Origin: Candidatus Marinacidobacterales bacterium
GTDB lineage: Bacteria > Acidobacteriota > Vicinamibacteria > Marinacidobacterales > SMYC01
Direction: 5' to 3'
Length of the DNA stretch: 64,000 bases
Assembly (NCBI GenBank): GCA_965224085.1
Contig: CBDCYI010000004.1
Span: 192,001 to 256,000 of the forward strand
The notes under the pieces were generated by a model. The model worked only from the letters and a program-made list of their open reading frames with translations, searched no databases and was not told the origin of the DNA. Position 1 is the first letter of the stretch; every line of letters starts with the position of its first letter. The position numbers were made by a program, and so were the translations under genes. Below, piece by piece: positions 30,312-40,348 of this stretch.

Positions 30312-31550
30312 TCAGGGTGTAGCGTTGGCAAGAGGTGTGAGAGTGACGTCAAAACCGAGCTCCCTTAGGCGTCGTGTCATTCGTATTGTGAGCTGTTCCT
30401 TGTCGCGTTGATGGAAGTAATCGGCACCCAGTTCCCGGTATGGAATCTCATTGTGGAGCATGTAGTAGACGGCGGTGATGATGGAGGCGGCGACGGCGAC
30501 GACAGCTTTCTTGGGGCCCCGACGAGATTTGAGCCGGAAGAACTGGGCACGCAGATAGCTGTCGCGCTTGCGGCTTGCCGCCCAAGCGGCTTGGACAAGA
30601 GCGGTCTTGAGCCATGGAGCCCCTTTGCGGGTTTTCTGAGAAAAGCGTTTACCGGCACTCTCATGAAGCCGTGGGCATAGACCGGCCCAAGAGCGAAGGT
30701 GTCCGGCCGTTGGGAATGCCGAGACATCGGGTCCGATCTCGGCGACGAGAATGGCCGCCGTGGCTTCACTGATGCCCGGGATCGTCACCAGAAGCTCGAC
30801 GGCCGATCGAAAAGGGCGCAGGCTCTCTGTGATACGGGATTCGAGCGCGCTCACTGAGGCTTCAAGCTGCTCGATATGATTGAGATGAAAACCCAACAGG
30901 AAACGATGATGGTCGGTAACGTAGCCCTCGAGCGCTGCGCTCAATTCCTGTTCAGTGGCTTTGAGTCGGCTTGAGCCCAGCTCACTCAGCTTGTGAGGGT
31001 CGCTTTCTCCCGCAATGATCGCTCGGAGAATCGCCCGCCCGCTTACTCCCAAAATCGTGCTAATCACGCTCGTCAATTTGATGTTCGCGTCTTCCAACGT
31101 CTTTTGAATTCGCTGGGTCTCCCGAGCGATTTCTCGAACGAACTGCTTTCGCGTTCGGGTCAGCTCTCGCAGTTCCTGGATCGGCGTTGGCGGAACGAAG
31201 CTAGCTCGAATGAGACCATGGGCAAGCAAATCCGCTATCCACAAGGCATCACTGATATCGCTCTTACGACCCGGCATGTTCTTGACGTGGGCCGGTTGTG
31301 CCAACACCAACTCAAAATGACCTTCGAGCACATGCCACACCGGCTTCCAATACACTCCGGTCGCTTCCATCGCTACAATCGTGCAACCGCACTGCCCCAG
31401 CCAATCCAACATTTCCAGCAATTCGCTCGTGGCCGTGCCGAACACACGCGTCTCGCGCACCACCTTCCGCTTCGTCGCTACCCGCACGCAAGCCGTAATC
31501 GATTTCTGGTGGACGTCCAATCCGGCGCATCGCTTATGAACCACTCTCAT
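30312..31550 (-). CDS. IS110 DEDD recombinase/transposase
   Basis: GGAGG RBS; GLDVHQ, MEATGVYW and RKSDISDA form the DEDD set; TIPGI and WAGLCPRLHESAGK mark the Tnp domain with its serine. Confidence 0.95.
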   Translation of the reverse strand: MRVVHKRCAGLDVHQKSITACVRVATKRKVVRETRVFGTATSELLEMLDWLGQCGCTIVAMEATGVYWKPVWHVLEGHFELVLAQPAHVKNMPGRKSDISDALWIADLLAHGLIRASFVPPTPIQELRELTRTRKQFVREIARETQRIQKTLEDANIKLTSVISTILGVSGRAILRAIIAGESDPHKLSELGSSRLKATEQELSAALEGYVTDHHRFLLGFHLNHIEQLEASVSALESRITESLRPFRSAVELLVTIPGISEATAAILVAEIGPDVSAFPTAGHLRSWAGLCPRLHESAGKRFSQKTRKGAPWLKTALVQAAWAASRKRDSYLRAQFFRLKSRRGPKKAVVAVAASIITAVYYMLHNEIPYRELGADYFHQRDKEQLTIRMTRRLRELGFDVTLTPLANATP

Positions 31551-31565
31551 CGCAGCCTCCTTCAC

Positions 31566-31775
31566 GTCGCACCGGCGTGGAGCCCACGAACTTGTAATCT
31601 AATAGACGCGCTCAACTATCCCAGCTGGAATAGAAAACGCAATTTGGGGTACGCGCAGGACTCCCAGCCAAACTTGACAACGGGCTCAGTCGCACCAACG
31701 TTAAGCCGACCTCTGAGCCGGTGCCACCTTCACAGACTACCGCGTTTCATTCATTCGGGGTGGCCGTCAGGCCGT
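31566..31775 (-). ncRNA. Candidate bridge RNA in the IS110 left non-coding end
   Basis: Stems: GGCTCAG/CTGAGCC (31683-31719), CTATTCCA/TGGGATAG (31616-31633), GAGTCC/GGGCTC (31580-31663) enclosing a large internal loop. Short matches to both element junctions. Confidence 0.6.
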
Positions 31776-31971
31776 GGAAAACTTGACAATACGCCACGAC
31801 AACTTCTCGTCTCACAGCGCCGTATGGTAACCGGCGTCGCGGTCTGCGAGTTACAACAGATCCGCCGCCATACGGGATCGAGCGAGCCGTCGATTCATTC
31901 CGTTCCCGCACAGCTTCGCAAGGAATGGAATCTTCCGTTGAAGTGTGGGATGATCCTTTGCGTCCAACAAG

Positions 31972-32874
31972 ATGTTTATCGAGCCCGGAGCCCATCTTCA
32001 ATTCGTCGAATTCGATCCAGACACGGCGACCGTAATCCGGCGCTCCGAGCGCGTGCTCCGAGAAGTTCGGGAAGTCGCGACCCCGCATCCATCTCCCGTC
32101 GGTGATTGGATCGCGTTCTCGCGTGAAGCGATCCAAGAAGACATCGTGCTCGTGCGACCCGACGGTAGCGACCTGCGTCCCATTACCGAGGATCTTCATC
32201 GCGACCGCTTTCCGAGATGGGCGCCCGATGGTGAGCAGCTCGCGTTCTACTCGAACCGGAACGGAAGCTATGAGATCTGGACGATCCGCCCGGATGGCAT
32301 GGGGCTCCGCCAACTCACCGATACCCCGGAGCGCAACTTGCACACGCCCGTTTGGTCTCCCGACGGAAGCCGCATGGCTTACGCGAGCCCCGACAGCGAT
32401 GGCGCGCTCTTCGACCCGCGAGTGCCGTGGCAGGAACAGACTCCGGAGTCACTGCCTCCGTTCAGCGATACCGGCGATCAGTTCGTCGCCATCGACTGGT
32501 CGCGTGATGGAAAGGCTCTCGTCGGCCATGTCCAAACAAGAAGCGGCATTCGAGCTGGCATCGCCATCTATTCGCTGGAAAGCCGCACCTACGAACGCCT
32601 CACCAATTTCGGCGTCTATCCACAATGGCTCGGAGATGGACGCCGAATCGTGTTTCAGGGACAAGGTCCCGCTCGCTCACACGCACAGCATCAATATCAA
32701 GAGGATTTCGATCTCTACATCGTGGATCGTGAGACGCGCGTCGCAGACCAAATCTACGCCGATCCCGCGGGCTCCGTCGAAAGCCCGGTCATAACCCGGG
32801 ACTATCGCAGGGTCTATTTTTCGCTGACGGCGGTCGAAGCCAACATCTGGACACTCCACCTGGACGAGCCTTAG
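31972..32874 (+). pseudogene. TolB-like PD40 beta-propeller, 5'-truncated (likely a kinase C-terminus)
   Basis: PRWAPDGEQLAFYSNRNG, PVWSPDGSRMAY, WSRDGK, EANIW; no signal peptide or RBS. Confidence 0.7.
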
Positions 32875-33149
32875 GCTGAACGTATCATCATTATTAACCC
32901 GGACGGACCCAGCCGCGCGCCATTGTCGGACACGGAGGCCGCGATGCGATCCGCGCGCCACGGAAGTATGTTTGGGCATGGCGAAGACGTCTGTCGCTGA
33001 CGAGCTCACGTGGTTCGAGAACACGCCTTAACCGCCACCGCTCACCTAGCTGCTAGTCTCACTCGAGCTTTCTGCTCAAGCAGCCCCGCGCCATTCGTAC
33101 CGGTGGTGCCGTCCAACCGCTCGCGGCAGTGTAACAACTCTCGCCTTTG

Positions 33150-33263
33150 AGGATGGCCGAGGACTTCAGGATCACGATGCCGGACGAAGTACGGATGACT
33201 GTCACCGAAAGCACCTACACGTCGCCCATCTGGTACATTCCGGCGAACTACCTTGTGGCCTGA
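33150..33263 (+). pseudogene. Third DUF3604 C-terminal remnant
   Basis: ITMPDEVRMTVTESTYTSPIWYIP resembles the other two DUF3604 tails. Confidence 0.65.
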
Positions 33264-33317
33264 CGCGGTTCACCTTGCCGGAAGGAGTGAAGCAGCGACT
33301 CCAAAGATTGACTAGCT

Positions 33318-33665
33318 TCAAAGATTTCCGGAGCAGCGGTTCTCGTCGAGGATCCGCAGGAGCCAATCGAGCTCCATTCCCATGTGAGTGAGTAGTGTCC
33401 CGGCTTTCTCGTAGTCTTCCTGCTCGGCGGCTTCGACCATTTGTCCGGCCAGCGCCTCCACCCCTTCGGCCCCGATTTTGTGTGCGGTCGCGCGCAGCTC
33501 CTTGGACACTTCCCCGATGCGGATCGCGCGCTTGCGTTTGGCCGCTTTTTCGATCGCCTTTATCATCGCCGGAATCTGCACCTGAAAGTCCTCGAGAAGC
33601 TCTTCCAGCCGATCAGAATCGCCACCGAGGCGCTCGAGGGCGGCGCTACGGTCGAAGACTTCCAT
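33318..33665 (-). CDS. Stand-alone Hpt domain protein
   Basis: FDRSAALERLGGD...LLEDF. The segment SKELRATAHKIGA lacks the canonical phospho-His of AHxLKG. Confidence 0.7.
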   Translation of the reverse strand: MEVFDRSAALERLGGDSDRLEELLEDFQVQIPAMIKAIEKAAKRKRAIRIGEVSKELRATAHKIGAEGVEALAGQMVEAAEQEDYEKAGTLLTHMGMELDWLLRILDENRCSGNL

Positions 33666-33668
33666 GGA

Positions 33669-34004
33669 TCACCAGATCGGATTAGGCCGATAGAGCGGGT
33701 TGGCCCAAGGGCTCGATCCCGTGCCCGCTTCATCGTCGAGGCCTTGAGTCAGAACGAGATAATCAAGGATCCGCTTGCGTGTATCAGGCTCGAGCTCGAC
33801 GAGGCCTTGGGTTTCCTCCATCCACGTTAGCGTGGTGTCCCATGTCTTGCGGCTCATGTGTGAGGCGACGATGATCTCGGCCGTATGGCACTGTGTGCAA
33901 GCAGCCGTCACGATGTCGCGTCCTCGACCCGGCTTCAAAATGGAGTCAGAGGAGGTCTCTGCTTGCGCGAGAAGAACGAGAAAAATCCAAACGTTCACGA
34001 TCAT
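33669..34004 (-). CDS. Monoheme cytochrome c (SorB/SorU-like)
   Basis: CTQCH, WMEETQGL, ILDYL; 4-bp overlap with the molybdoenzyme gene. Confidence 0.8.
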   Translation of the reverse strand: MIVNVWIFLVLLAQAETSSDSILKPGRGRDIVTAACTQCHTAEIIVASHMSRKTWDTTLTWMEETQGLVELEPDTRKRILDYLVLTQGLDDEAGTGSSPWANPLYRPNPIW

Positions 34005-35224
34005 CCTACGCGCACCGCGATGCGATGCATGGCGTTATTGAGATAGCCGCGAGGATTCCATCCCGGCACGACCATCGGCTGCTGGCGACCGGCATGGTCG
34101 GTGGCCCGCGCCCACACCTCGTAATGGCCCGGCGTCGGAAAACGGATGCTAGCCGACCAATGCTGCCATGCAAAGGGATTCTTGGGCGAGCGGAGCTCCC
34201 CTTCGATCCACGTCGCGCCGAAATCGTGACTCACGTGCATCGCGGACACGGGTCCGTCGCCGCACCACGCGTGGCCGCGGAGTGCCATCGCCTCGCCCGA
34301 GGTAACTTCGACGCCCGTCGAGGGACGCGTGATCATCGACTTCACCGGCATCGCTTCGATGATCTCCATCGCTTCTTCCGGCACGTCGGCGCCCGGCTCC
34401 ACCGGGTGACGCGGGACGCGATAGGAGTAGCCGCCCATCTTTGCGCCGTCGTGAACGCGGTCGCGCACCCAGAGCCTTTCGAGCCACTTTCCTGACGTGG
34501 AGGCCGGATAGCCCGGCGCGACAAGCCGGAGTGGGAAGCCGTGTTGCGCCGGCAGCGGCTCACCGTTCATCTCCCAAGAGAGGAGCGTCCACGGGTCGAG
34601 CGCTTTCGCGATGGGGATGCCCCGCGAGATGGGCACCGCGTCCGGATCGCCGCTCAGATGAAGGTCTTCGCCATAATACGCGACGTAGACCGCGCTCGAT
34701 TCGACGCCGGCATCCTCCAAAACGTCTCTCAACTCCACGCCCGTATAGCGCGCACAACCCACAGCCCCGAGCTTCCACTGGTTGCCGCTTGCCGGGGGCC
34801 GGAATCCGGCGCGGCCGTTTCCGCCGCATTCTAAGTGCAGGAGCGCTGTCTTGTTGGAATAGCGTTCTTTCAAATCGTCGAGCGTGAGTTTCAACGGATG
34901 ACGCACGACGCCATCGACGGTGAGCGACCAGCCGCTCAGGTCGCGGGTGGTCGCGCGTTCGGGAACGAGGCCGTTGTTACGAATGAAATGCACCGCGTTT
35001 CCGGTCACTTCCTCGTCAAGAAGGGCAATCGGCGTTTCAGCGTTGATGGGGCGGTCGTTCAGGACGGTGATGCCTTCTTTGCCTTGGATGACGCCTTGTT
35101 TGCCTTCATTGACGATTGCTTCTTGGTTCTGCGCGAGGGGCATTTTCTCCGAGAAGAGCCACGCGGCCGAGGCCGATCCCACGGTACGAAGGAACTGCCG
35201 ACGGTGCTTTCGAGCCATGCCCAC
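34001..35224 (-). CDS. Tat-exported sulfite oxidase-family molybdoenzyme (SorA/SorT-like)
   Basis: RRQFL Tat motif, FIRNNG, ECGGNGR, HGFPLRL, SGKWL, WNPRGYLNN. Confidence 0.9.
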   Translation of the reverse strand: MGMARKHRRQFLRTVGSASAAWLFSEKMPLAQNQEAIVNEGKQGVIQGKEGITVLNDRPINAETPIALLDEEVTGNAVHFIRNNGLVPERATTRDLSGWSLTVDGVVRHPLKLTLDDLKERYSNKTALLHLECGGNGRAGFRPPASGNQWKLGAVGCARYTGVELRDVLEDAGVESSAVYVAYYGEDLHLSGDPDAVPISRGIPIAKALDPWTLLSWEMNGEPLPAQHGFPLRLVAPGYPASTSGKWLERLWVRDRVHDGAKMGGYSYRVPRHPVEPGADVPEEAMEIIEAMPVKSMITRPSTGVEVTSGEAMALRGHAWCGDGPVSAMHVSHDFGATWIEGELRSPKNPFAWQHWSASIRFPTPGHYEVWARATDHAGRQQPMVVPGWNPRGYLNNAMHRIAVRVG

Positions 35225-35273
35225 GATTATATCAGCGACTACAGCATGCTAAGATCGTTGTCATCCCAACAAA

Positions 35274-36551
35274 ATGAACGACTCCGAACCGCGCGTCACC
35301 ATTGTCTCCGCCGGACAGTTGTCGACCTGTCCGCGCATGGTGAAAGCCGCGGACGCACTCTACGCCGAAGGCTATCGGGTGCGCGTGGTGATGAATCGGC
35401 GCGCGGACTGGGCGTCGCAATCCGACGGTCTTCTCGAAGCGGAACGGCCTTGGCTCGACGTCACGACGATCGACGAGCGGCGCTCGGCGGATACCGGAGC
35501 ATCCTCGACATTTTGGATGGGTGCCGCGCGCTACCATATCGCGCGACACATCACCCGCACTCTCGGTGTCGCCCGCGCGAGCGCCCCTCTCCGGCGACGC
35601 GCGCTCGTTCGCTCGTCCGAAGCTCTCCTTGAAGCGACCATATCGAAGCCCACCGACTTTCTCTACTTCGGAGGCGGGAGTTACCCTATCGCTCGAGCGG
35701 CCGCGCAACGGATGAGCGTGCCATACGCCATCGACTTCGAAGACTTCCACCGCGGCGAGCAAGACAGCTCAGCCGACGGAAAGTTTCAAAGCGAGCTCAC
35801 CGCTTCCGTCGAGGCTGAAGCAGCTCGCGACGCGCGCTTCGTCTCCATGGGAAGCCCACTCATCTCCGCCAGCTACAAAGAGTGTCTCGGTGTAAGCGGC
35901 GTCGTGGTGCACAACGTGTTCCCGCTGCCGAGCGAAGCCCCAGCATTCGAGCTTCCGCGAGGACCGCTGAAACTCTATTGGTTCTCCCAGACGATCGGAC
36001 CCGGCCGCGGGATCGAGCACGCGATCCGCGGCGCGGGTGCCGCGGCTATCGAAACGGAGCTTCACCTGCGTGGCCGCATCGAGGGAAGCTATCGCGAGAG
36101 CCTCGAGTCGCTCGCCCAAAAAGTAGCTCCCAAGCTGAAGCTTGTGATTCACCAACCGAGCGCATCGGCCGGCATGATCGATGCCTGCCGCCCCTTCGAT
36201 ATCGGATTGTCTCTCGAGACCGGCGCTATCCCGAACACGCGCGTTCTCTTGTCCAACAAAGTTTTTACCTACTTGCTCGCAGGTCTCGCGACGATCTATT
36301 CGGACACACCAGCGCAGCGCGCTTTTTGCGATGGGCTCGGCGATCGCCAGCCGATCTGTGCGCTCGATGATACGGCCGCGCTTGCGAATATCTTGAAGAC
36401 GTGGGATGCGGATCGCGCCTCGTTGCTGGCCGCGCAGCAAGATGCTTGGCAATGGGCGAAGCGCCGCTGGCATTGGGAACACGACGACGAGCGCGGCGCC
36501 CTCCGCCAACTCTTCGACGAGCATCTTCCCAAGGTGGCTCGGTGCGCATAG
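35274..36551 (+). CDS. Glycosyltransferase (GT-B fold)
   Basis: CPRMVKAADAL, WFSQTIGPGRGIE, DIGLSLE, SNKVFTYLLAG. Confidence 0.8.
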   Translation: MNDSEPRVTIVSAGQLSTCPRMVKAADALYAEGYRVRVVMNRRADWASQSDGLLEAERPWLDVTTIDERRSADTGASSTFWMGAARYHIARHITRTLGVARASAPLRRRALVRSSEALLEATISKPTDFLYFGGGSYPIARAAAQRMSVPYAIDFEDFHRGEQDSSADGKFQSELTASVEAEAARDARFVSMGSPLISASYKECLGVSGVVVHNVFPLPSEAPAFELPRGPLKLYWFSQTIGPGRGIEHAIRGAGAAAIETELHLRGRIEGSYRESLESLAQKVAPKLKLVIHQPSASAGMIDACRPFDIGLSLETGAIPNTRVLLSNKVFTYLLAGLATIYSDTPAQRAFCDGLGDRQPICALDDTAALANILKTWDADRASLLAAQQDAWQWAKRRWHWEHDDERGALRQLFDEHLPKVARCA

Positions 36552-37628
36552 CCATCACCGCCGATCCCTACATACCGGTTCCGCCCAAGTTCTATGGCGG
36601 CATCGAGCGCGTCCTGGCTCTCCTGGTTGACGGGCTAGTCGCGAACGGTCATGACGTCGTCCTGCTCGGTCATCCGGAAAGCAACACCGAGGCTCGACTC
36701 GTTCCTTATGGGGCGCCGCCTCACACGGGGCGGGTGGACCGGACTCGAGAGCTCTTTCAAGTCGGAACGTGGTTGTGGCGGCATAGCCACGAGCTCGATG
36801 TCGTCCACAGCTTTGGGCGATTAGCCGCGCTCCTCCCGATTCTGCCCGCAGACTCGGCCCGTCAAGATTCAAAGCTACCAGCGCGCGATACCTTGGGCCG
36901 GCGTTCACCGCGCCGTCAGGCTCGCACGGCAATCACTGAGTTTCACCGGTTGCTCGACGGCCATGTACAAGAACTCTATAGCCGGAGAATGGCACACCGT
37001 TTACAACTGTGTCGACGTAGACCGTTTTGACTTCAAACCTCGCGTCCCGGATAATGCGCCGTTGATGTTCTTGGGTCGTATCGAATCCATCAAAGGGACG
37101 CACGAGGCCATCCAGATCGCCCTTCAAAGCGGCAGCGATCTTGTCGTGGCCGGGAATCGCGTCGACGAAGACGGTGGCTATTTCGAAGACAAAGTCGAGC
37201 CGTTCATCGACGGTCGACAAATCCGATATGTCGGTCCGGTCGATGATGAAGCGAAAAACGCTTTGCTCGGACGAGCTTCGGCGTTCCTCATGCCGATAGG
37301 ATGGGAAGAACCCTTCGGTATCGTCATGGCCGAAGCGCTAGCTTGTGGCACGCCAGTCATTGGTTTCGCCCGTGGGAGTGTGCCGGAGGTCGTCCGCGAA
37401 GGCGAGACAGGCTACGTCGTTCAAAACGTCGCCGAAGCGGTCGATGTGGTCGAGCGCATTCCGTCTTTGCCACGCGAGGCGGCCCGACGCGACGCCGAAG
37501 AGCGGTTCAGTGCGAAAGCGATCCTGCGGGGTTATCTCGAGCTGTACGACGCTCAGCTCGCGATCCCTCGCGGCGCCCAGTCCGACACCGCCGCCTCTAC
37601 GGCCTCGATTTCGCCCGTAAAAAAATGA
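36542..37628 (+). CDS. GT4 glycosyltransferase, frameshift near 36845
   Basis: GTG start, VPPKFYGGIERV; second frame has FLGRIESIKG and WEEPFGIVMAEALACGTPV. Confidence 0.82.
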
Positions 37629-38200
37629 TCGCTCCCGGGGATCACGACGAGCTCTTTAGGCTCGGGAACACGCTCGAGCAAGCTTTCGATGGCCGCCACG
37701 TTGCCGAATGGATCGAGCTCGCCTTGGATGAATAATTTGGGCTTGGTGATCGACTCGACGAACCGCGTGCGCGGGAGTACTTTGACCGGAAGCCCCAAAG
37801 CCAAAAACGCTGCGACGCGCGGGTCAGAACCGCCGACGCGAAGCCCCATGACGGAGCCGAAAGAATGGCCTCCGGACACGACGGGGCGGCCGGGAAGCTC
37901 TCGCTCGAGCCAATCGAGCGCAGCGCGGACGTCGTCCTGCTCACCCTTGCCGTCGTCATGCGTGCCTTCACAGAGGCCGACGCCGCGAAAGTTGAACCGC
38001 AGGACGGCGAAGCCAAGCGCTTGAAACACTTTGGCCACCCGGAACAACAATTTGTAGCGCATGACGCCTCCGTGAGCCGGGTGCGCGTGGCAGAGAAGGG
38101 CGGCCCCTTCGGCGGGCCCTTTCGGCGTCATCCATATCGCCTCCAGGCGGCCAACCGGGCCCTCGATCTCGATGGGTTTTGTCTGCATACGCTGCGTCAT
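37553..38200 (-). CDS. Alpha/beta hydrolase
   Basis: GRLEA, HAHPAHGG, RFNFRGVG, GHSFG, DHFF. Confidence 0.88.
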   Translation of the reverse strand: MTQRMQTKPIEIEGPVGRLEAIWMTPKGPAEGAALLCHAHPAHGGVMRYKLLFRVAKVFQALGFAVLRFNFRGVGLCEGTHDDGKGEQDDVRAALDWLERELPGRPVVSGGHSFGSVMGLRVGGSDPRVAAFLALGLPVKVLPRTRFVESITKPKLFIQGELDPFGNVAAIESLLERVPEPKELVVIPGSDHFFTGEIEAVEAAVSDWAPRGIAS

Positions 38201-38261
38201 CTCATGAATTCAGACTAGGATAGCTGAGCGAGCGCGCATTAAGCATTGAGCAGACGATAGG

Positions 38262-39206
38262 ATGAATCACGTCATCGCTCTTTTCGGGGTCGTCTTGATC
38301 GGGATGTCTCCGATTTGGGTCGCGCTCGCGGGAGTCTCTCCCGCCACGGCGACATTCTACCGTTGCGCCTACGCGCTTCCTGCTCTTCTCGTCATATGGT
38401 TTGTCGGGCGCAAGCGCGACAGCCGCTCGCCACGTGTACGCCTCATGGCCTTCGCGAGCGGTCTCATGCTCGCCGCAGATTTGACGATCTGGCACCACAG
38501 CATCGAGCTCATCGGCGCAGGCTTGTCCACGGTGCTCGCAAATATCCAAGTGGTCTTCGTCGGTCTTCTCGCTTGGCTCTTCCACCGCGAGCGGCCGACG
38601 CGCGTCGCGTTTCAAATGATCCCCGTCGTGCTCGTCGGCGCCACCCTCATCTCGGGATTGGCACAAGACGACGCCTACGGTAAAGCGCCGGTGACGGGCG
38701 CGATACTCGCGGTGACGAGCGGTCTTCTTTATGCGAGCTTTATTCTCACCCTTCGCGCGTCGAACCGCGTCCTGGCGCCGCCGGCGGGCCCATTACTCGA
38801 CGCGAGCGCCGGCGGCGCCCTCACGGCCCTCGCCATCGGGCCGTTTTCACCCGGGTTCGATGTCACATGGTTGAACGTCACATGGCCGAGCCATGGCTAT
38901 CTCGCCGCGCTCGCACTCGGCTCCCAAGTGGTGGGCTGGCTCTTCATTACCTATGTGCTCCCACGGCTGGCTGCACTCGAGACGTCGCTCTTGTTATTGT
39001 TACAGCCGATGTTCGCCGTCGCGGTCGCGGCTCTTTGGCTCGGCGAGAGGATTTCGGCGCTGCAGGGATTGGGTATCTTCCTCGTCATCGGCGGTGTAGG
39101 GTATGTCTCGCTGAAGGGCGCGACGAAAGAGCCTCGAGAGAAAGACGACAAATGGATTTCGGAAAGCACTATCTCGAAAACACGGCCTTCGAGCTCGGGC
39201 GCCTGA
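38262..39206 (+). CDS. DMT/EamA-family transporter
   Basis: About 10 TM helices in two repeats; LLQP and LWLGE motifs. Confidence 0.88.
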   Translation: MNHVIALFGVVLIGMSPIWVALAGVSPATATFYRCAYALPALLVIWFVGRKRDSRSPRVRLMAFASGLMLAADLTIWHHSIELIGAGLSTVLANIQVVFVGLLAWLFHRERPTRVAFQMIPVVLVGATLISGLAQDDAYGKAPVTGAILAVTSGLLYASFILTLRASNRVLAPPAGPLLDASAGGALTALAIGPFSPGFDVTWLNVTWPSHGYLAALALGSQVVGWLFITYVLPRLAALETSLLLLLQPMFAVAVAALWLGERISALQGLGIFLVIGGVGYVSLKGATKEPREKDDKWISESTISKTRPSSSGA

Positions 39207-39688
39207 AGCGGCTCGCGGAAGCCGCGATGGAGCAAATCCCGGACGATGCGGGATTGCACATCGAGCTCGACGATGCGTCGAACTCGATCGCTGTGATCCT
39301 CCAACACTTGAGCGGCAATATGGTCTCGCGTTGGACCGACTTTCTCACGACCGACGGCGAGAAACCGGACCGGCATCGTGACCGCGAGTTCGAGGCGCAA
39401 CCCGACCGCACCCGGGACGAGCTTATGGCCCTTTGGGACCGCGGCTGGTCGACGCTCTTCGCCTCCTTTGACGCACTCACGCCCAAAGCGCTCGAGCGCA
39501 AAGTGACCATCCGCGGAGAAGAGCTCACCGTACCCGAGGCTATTCAGCGCCAAGTCGTACACGCCGCCTACCACGTCGGCCAGATCGTCTATCTCGCCCG
39601 CCACGCGAGCTCCAAAAGCGGCTGGAAGAGCGTGAGCATGCCTAAAGGAAGCTCGGAGAACGCGAAGGGAGGGTACAAAACGCTATAA
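39152..39688 (+). CDS. DUF1572 (DinB-like) protein
   Basis: SNSIAVILQHLSGNMVSRWTDFLTTDGEKPDRHRDREF, HAAYHVGQIV. Confidence 0.88.
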   Translation: MDFGKHYLENTAFELGRLKRLAEAAMEQIPDDAGLHIELDDASNSIAVILQHLSGNMVSRWTDFLTTDGEKPDRHRDREFEAQPDRTRDELMALWDRGWSTLFASFDALTPKALERKVTIRGEELTVPEAIQRQVVHAAYHVGQIVYLARHASSKSGWKSVSMPKGSSENAKGGYKTL

Positions 39689-39697
39689 TCCCGCTAC

Positions 39698-40348
39698 ATG
39701 AAAAGGCGTCTTCTCGCGAGCGCGCTCGCGCTCGTGGCGGTTTCTGCGTGCTCCGGCCGCCGCGCGCCGACGTCACCGGACCGACCTCCGTCGCGCGTCG
39801 AAGAAGGCCTCGCCTCGTGGTACGGGCTCGAGGAAGCCGGCCGCGCCACCGCGAGCGGCGAGCCCATGGCGCCCGAGAAACTGACAGCCGCGCATAAAAG
39901 CCTTGCTTTCGGATCGCTCGTTCGCGTCACCGATCTCGACACCGGGAAACGCGTGGATGTGATCATCAACGATCGCGGCCCTTTCGTCCGCGGCCGAATC
40001 ATCGACTTGTCCTTCGCGGCAGCGAGGGATCTCGGGATCGTCGAAAAAGGCGTCGCCCGCGTCCGGATGGAAGTGATTGGTCTCGCGGGCCCCCTCGCCG
40101 AGCGGCGGTGGCGCGTTCAAGCGGGCTCTTTCGAAGCCGAAGCACGCGCGCAGGAGCTTCTCACGTCGCTCCAGGCCCAAGGTCACGGACCCGTATTGCT
40201 CACCGAGTTCGAAAATGAGGGCGTGCTCTACCATCGCGTGTGGGTCGGCTCGTTTCGCGAGCGCGACGGCGCCGAGCGCCTCCTGCGACAACTTCAGCTC
40301 CAAGGCTTCAGCGGCTTCGTCATCCTCGCCGCCGCCACTAGCTCCTAG
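39698..40348 (+). CDS. rlpA: Septal ring lytic transglycosylase lipoprotein with SPOR domain
   Basis: Lipobox VSAC, GLASWYG, TAAHKSL, INDRGPF, IIDLS. Confidence 0.9.
   Translation: MKRRLLASALALVAVSACSGRRAPTSPDRPPSRVEEGLASWYGLEEAGRATASGEPMAPEKLTAAHKSLAFGSLVRVTDLDTGKRVDVIINDRGPFVRGRIIDLSFAAARDLGIVEKGVARVRMEVIGLAGPLAERRWRVQAGSFEAEARAQELLTSLQAQGHGPVLLTEFENEGVLYHRVWVGSFRERDGAERLLRQLQLQGFSGFVILAAATSS

Larger units (their letters stand above)
30300..31783 (-). mobile_element. IS110-family insertion sequence, apparently complete
   Basis: Intact recombinase, about 230-bp 5' non-coding end, 12-bp 3' end, no TIRs. Both putative junctions share AG(TT) on the coding strand. Boundaries are inferred. Confidence 0.85.

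Noticed and set aside
37553-39206. Gene overlaps (37553-37628 convergent; 39152-39206 tandem)
   Set aside because: Short tail overlaps are common in GC-rich genomes or reflect lost stops; there is no sign of dual function.
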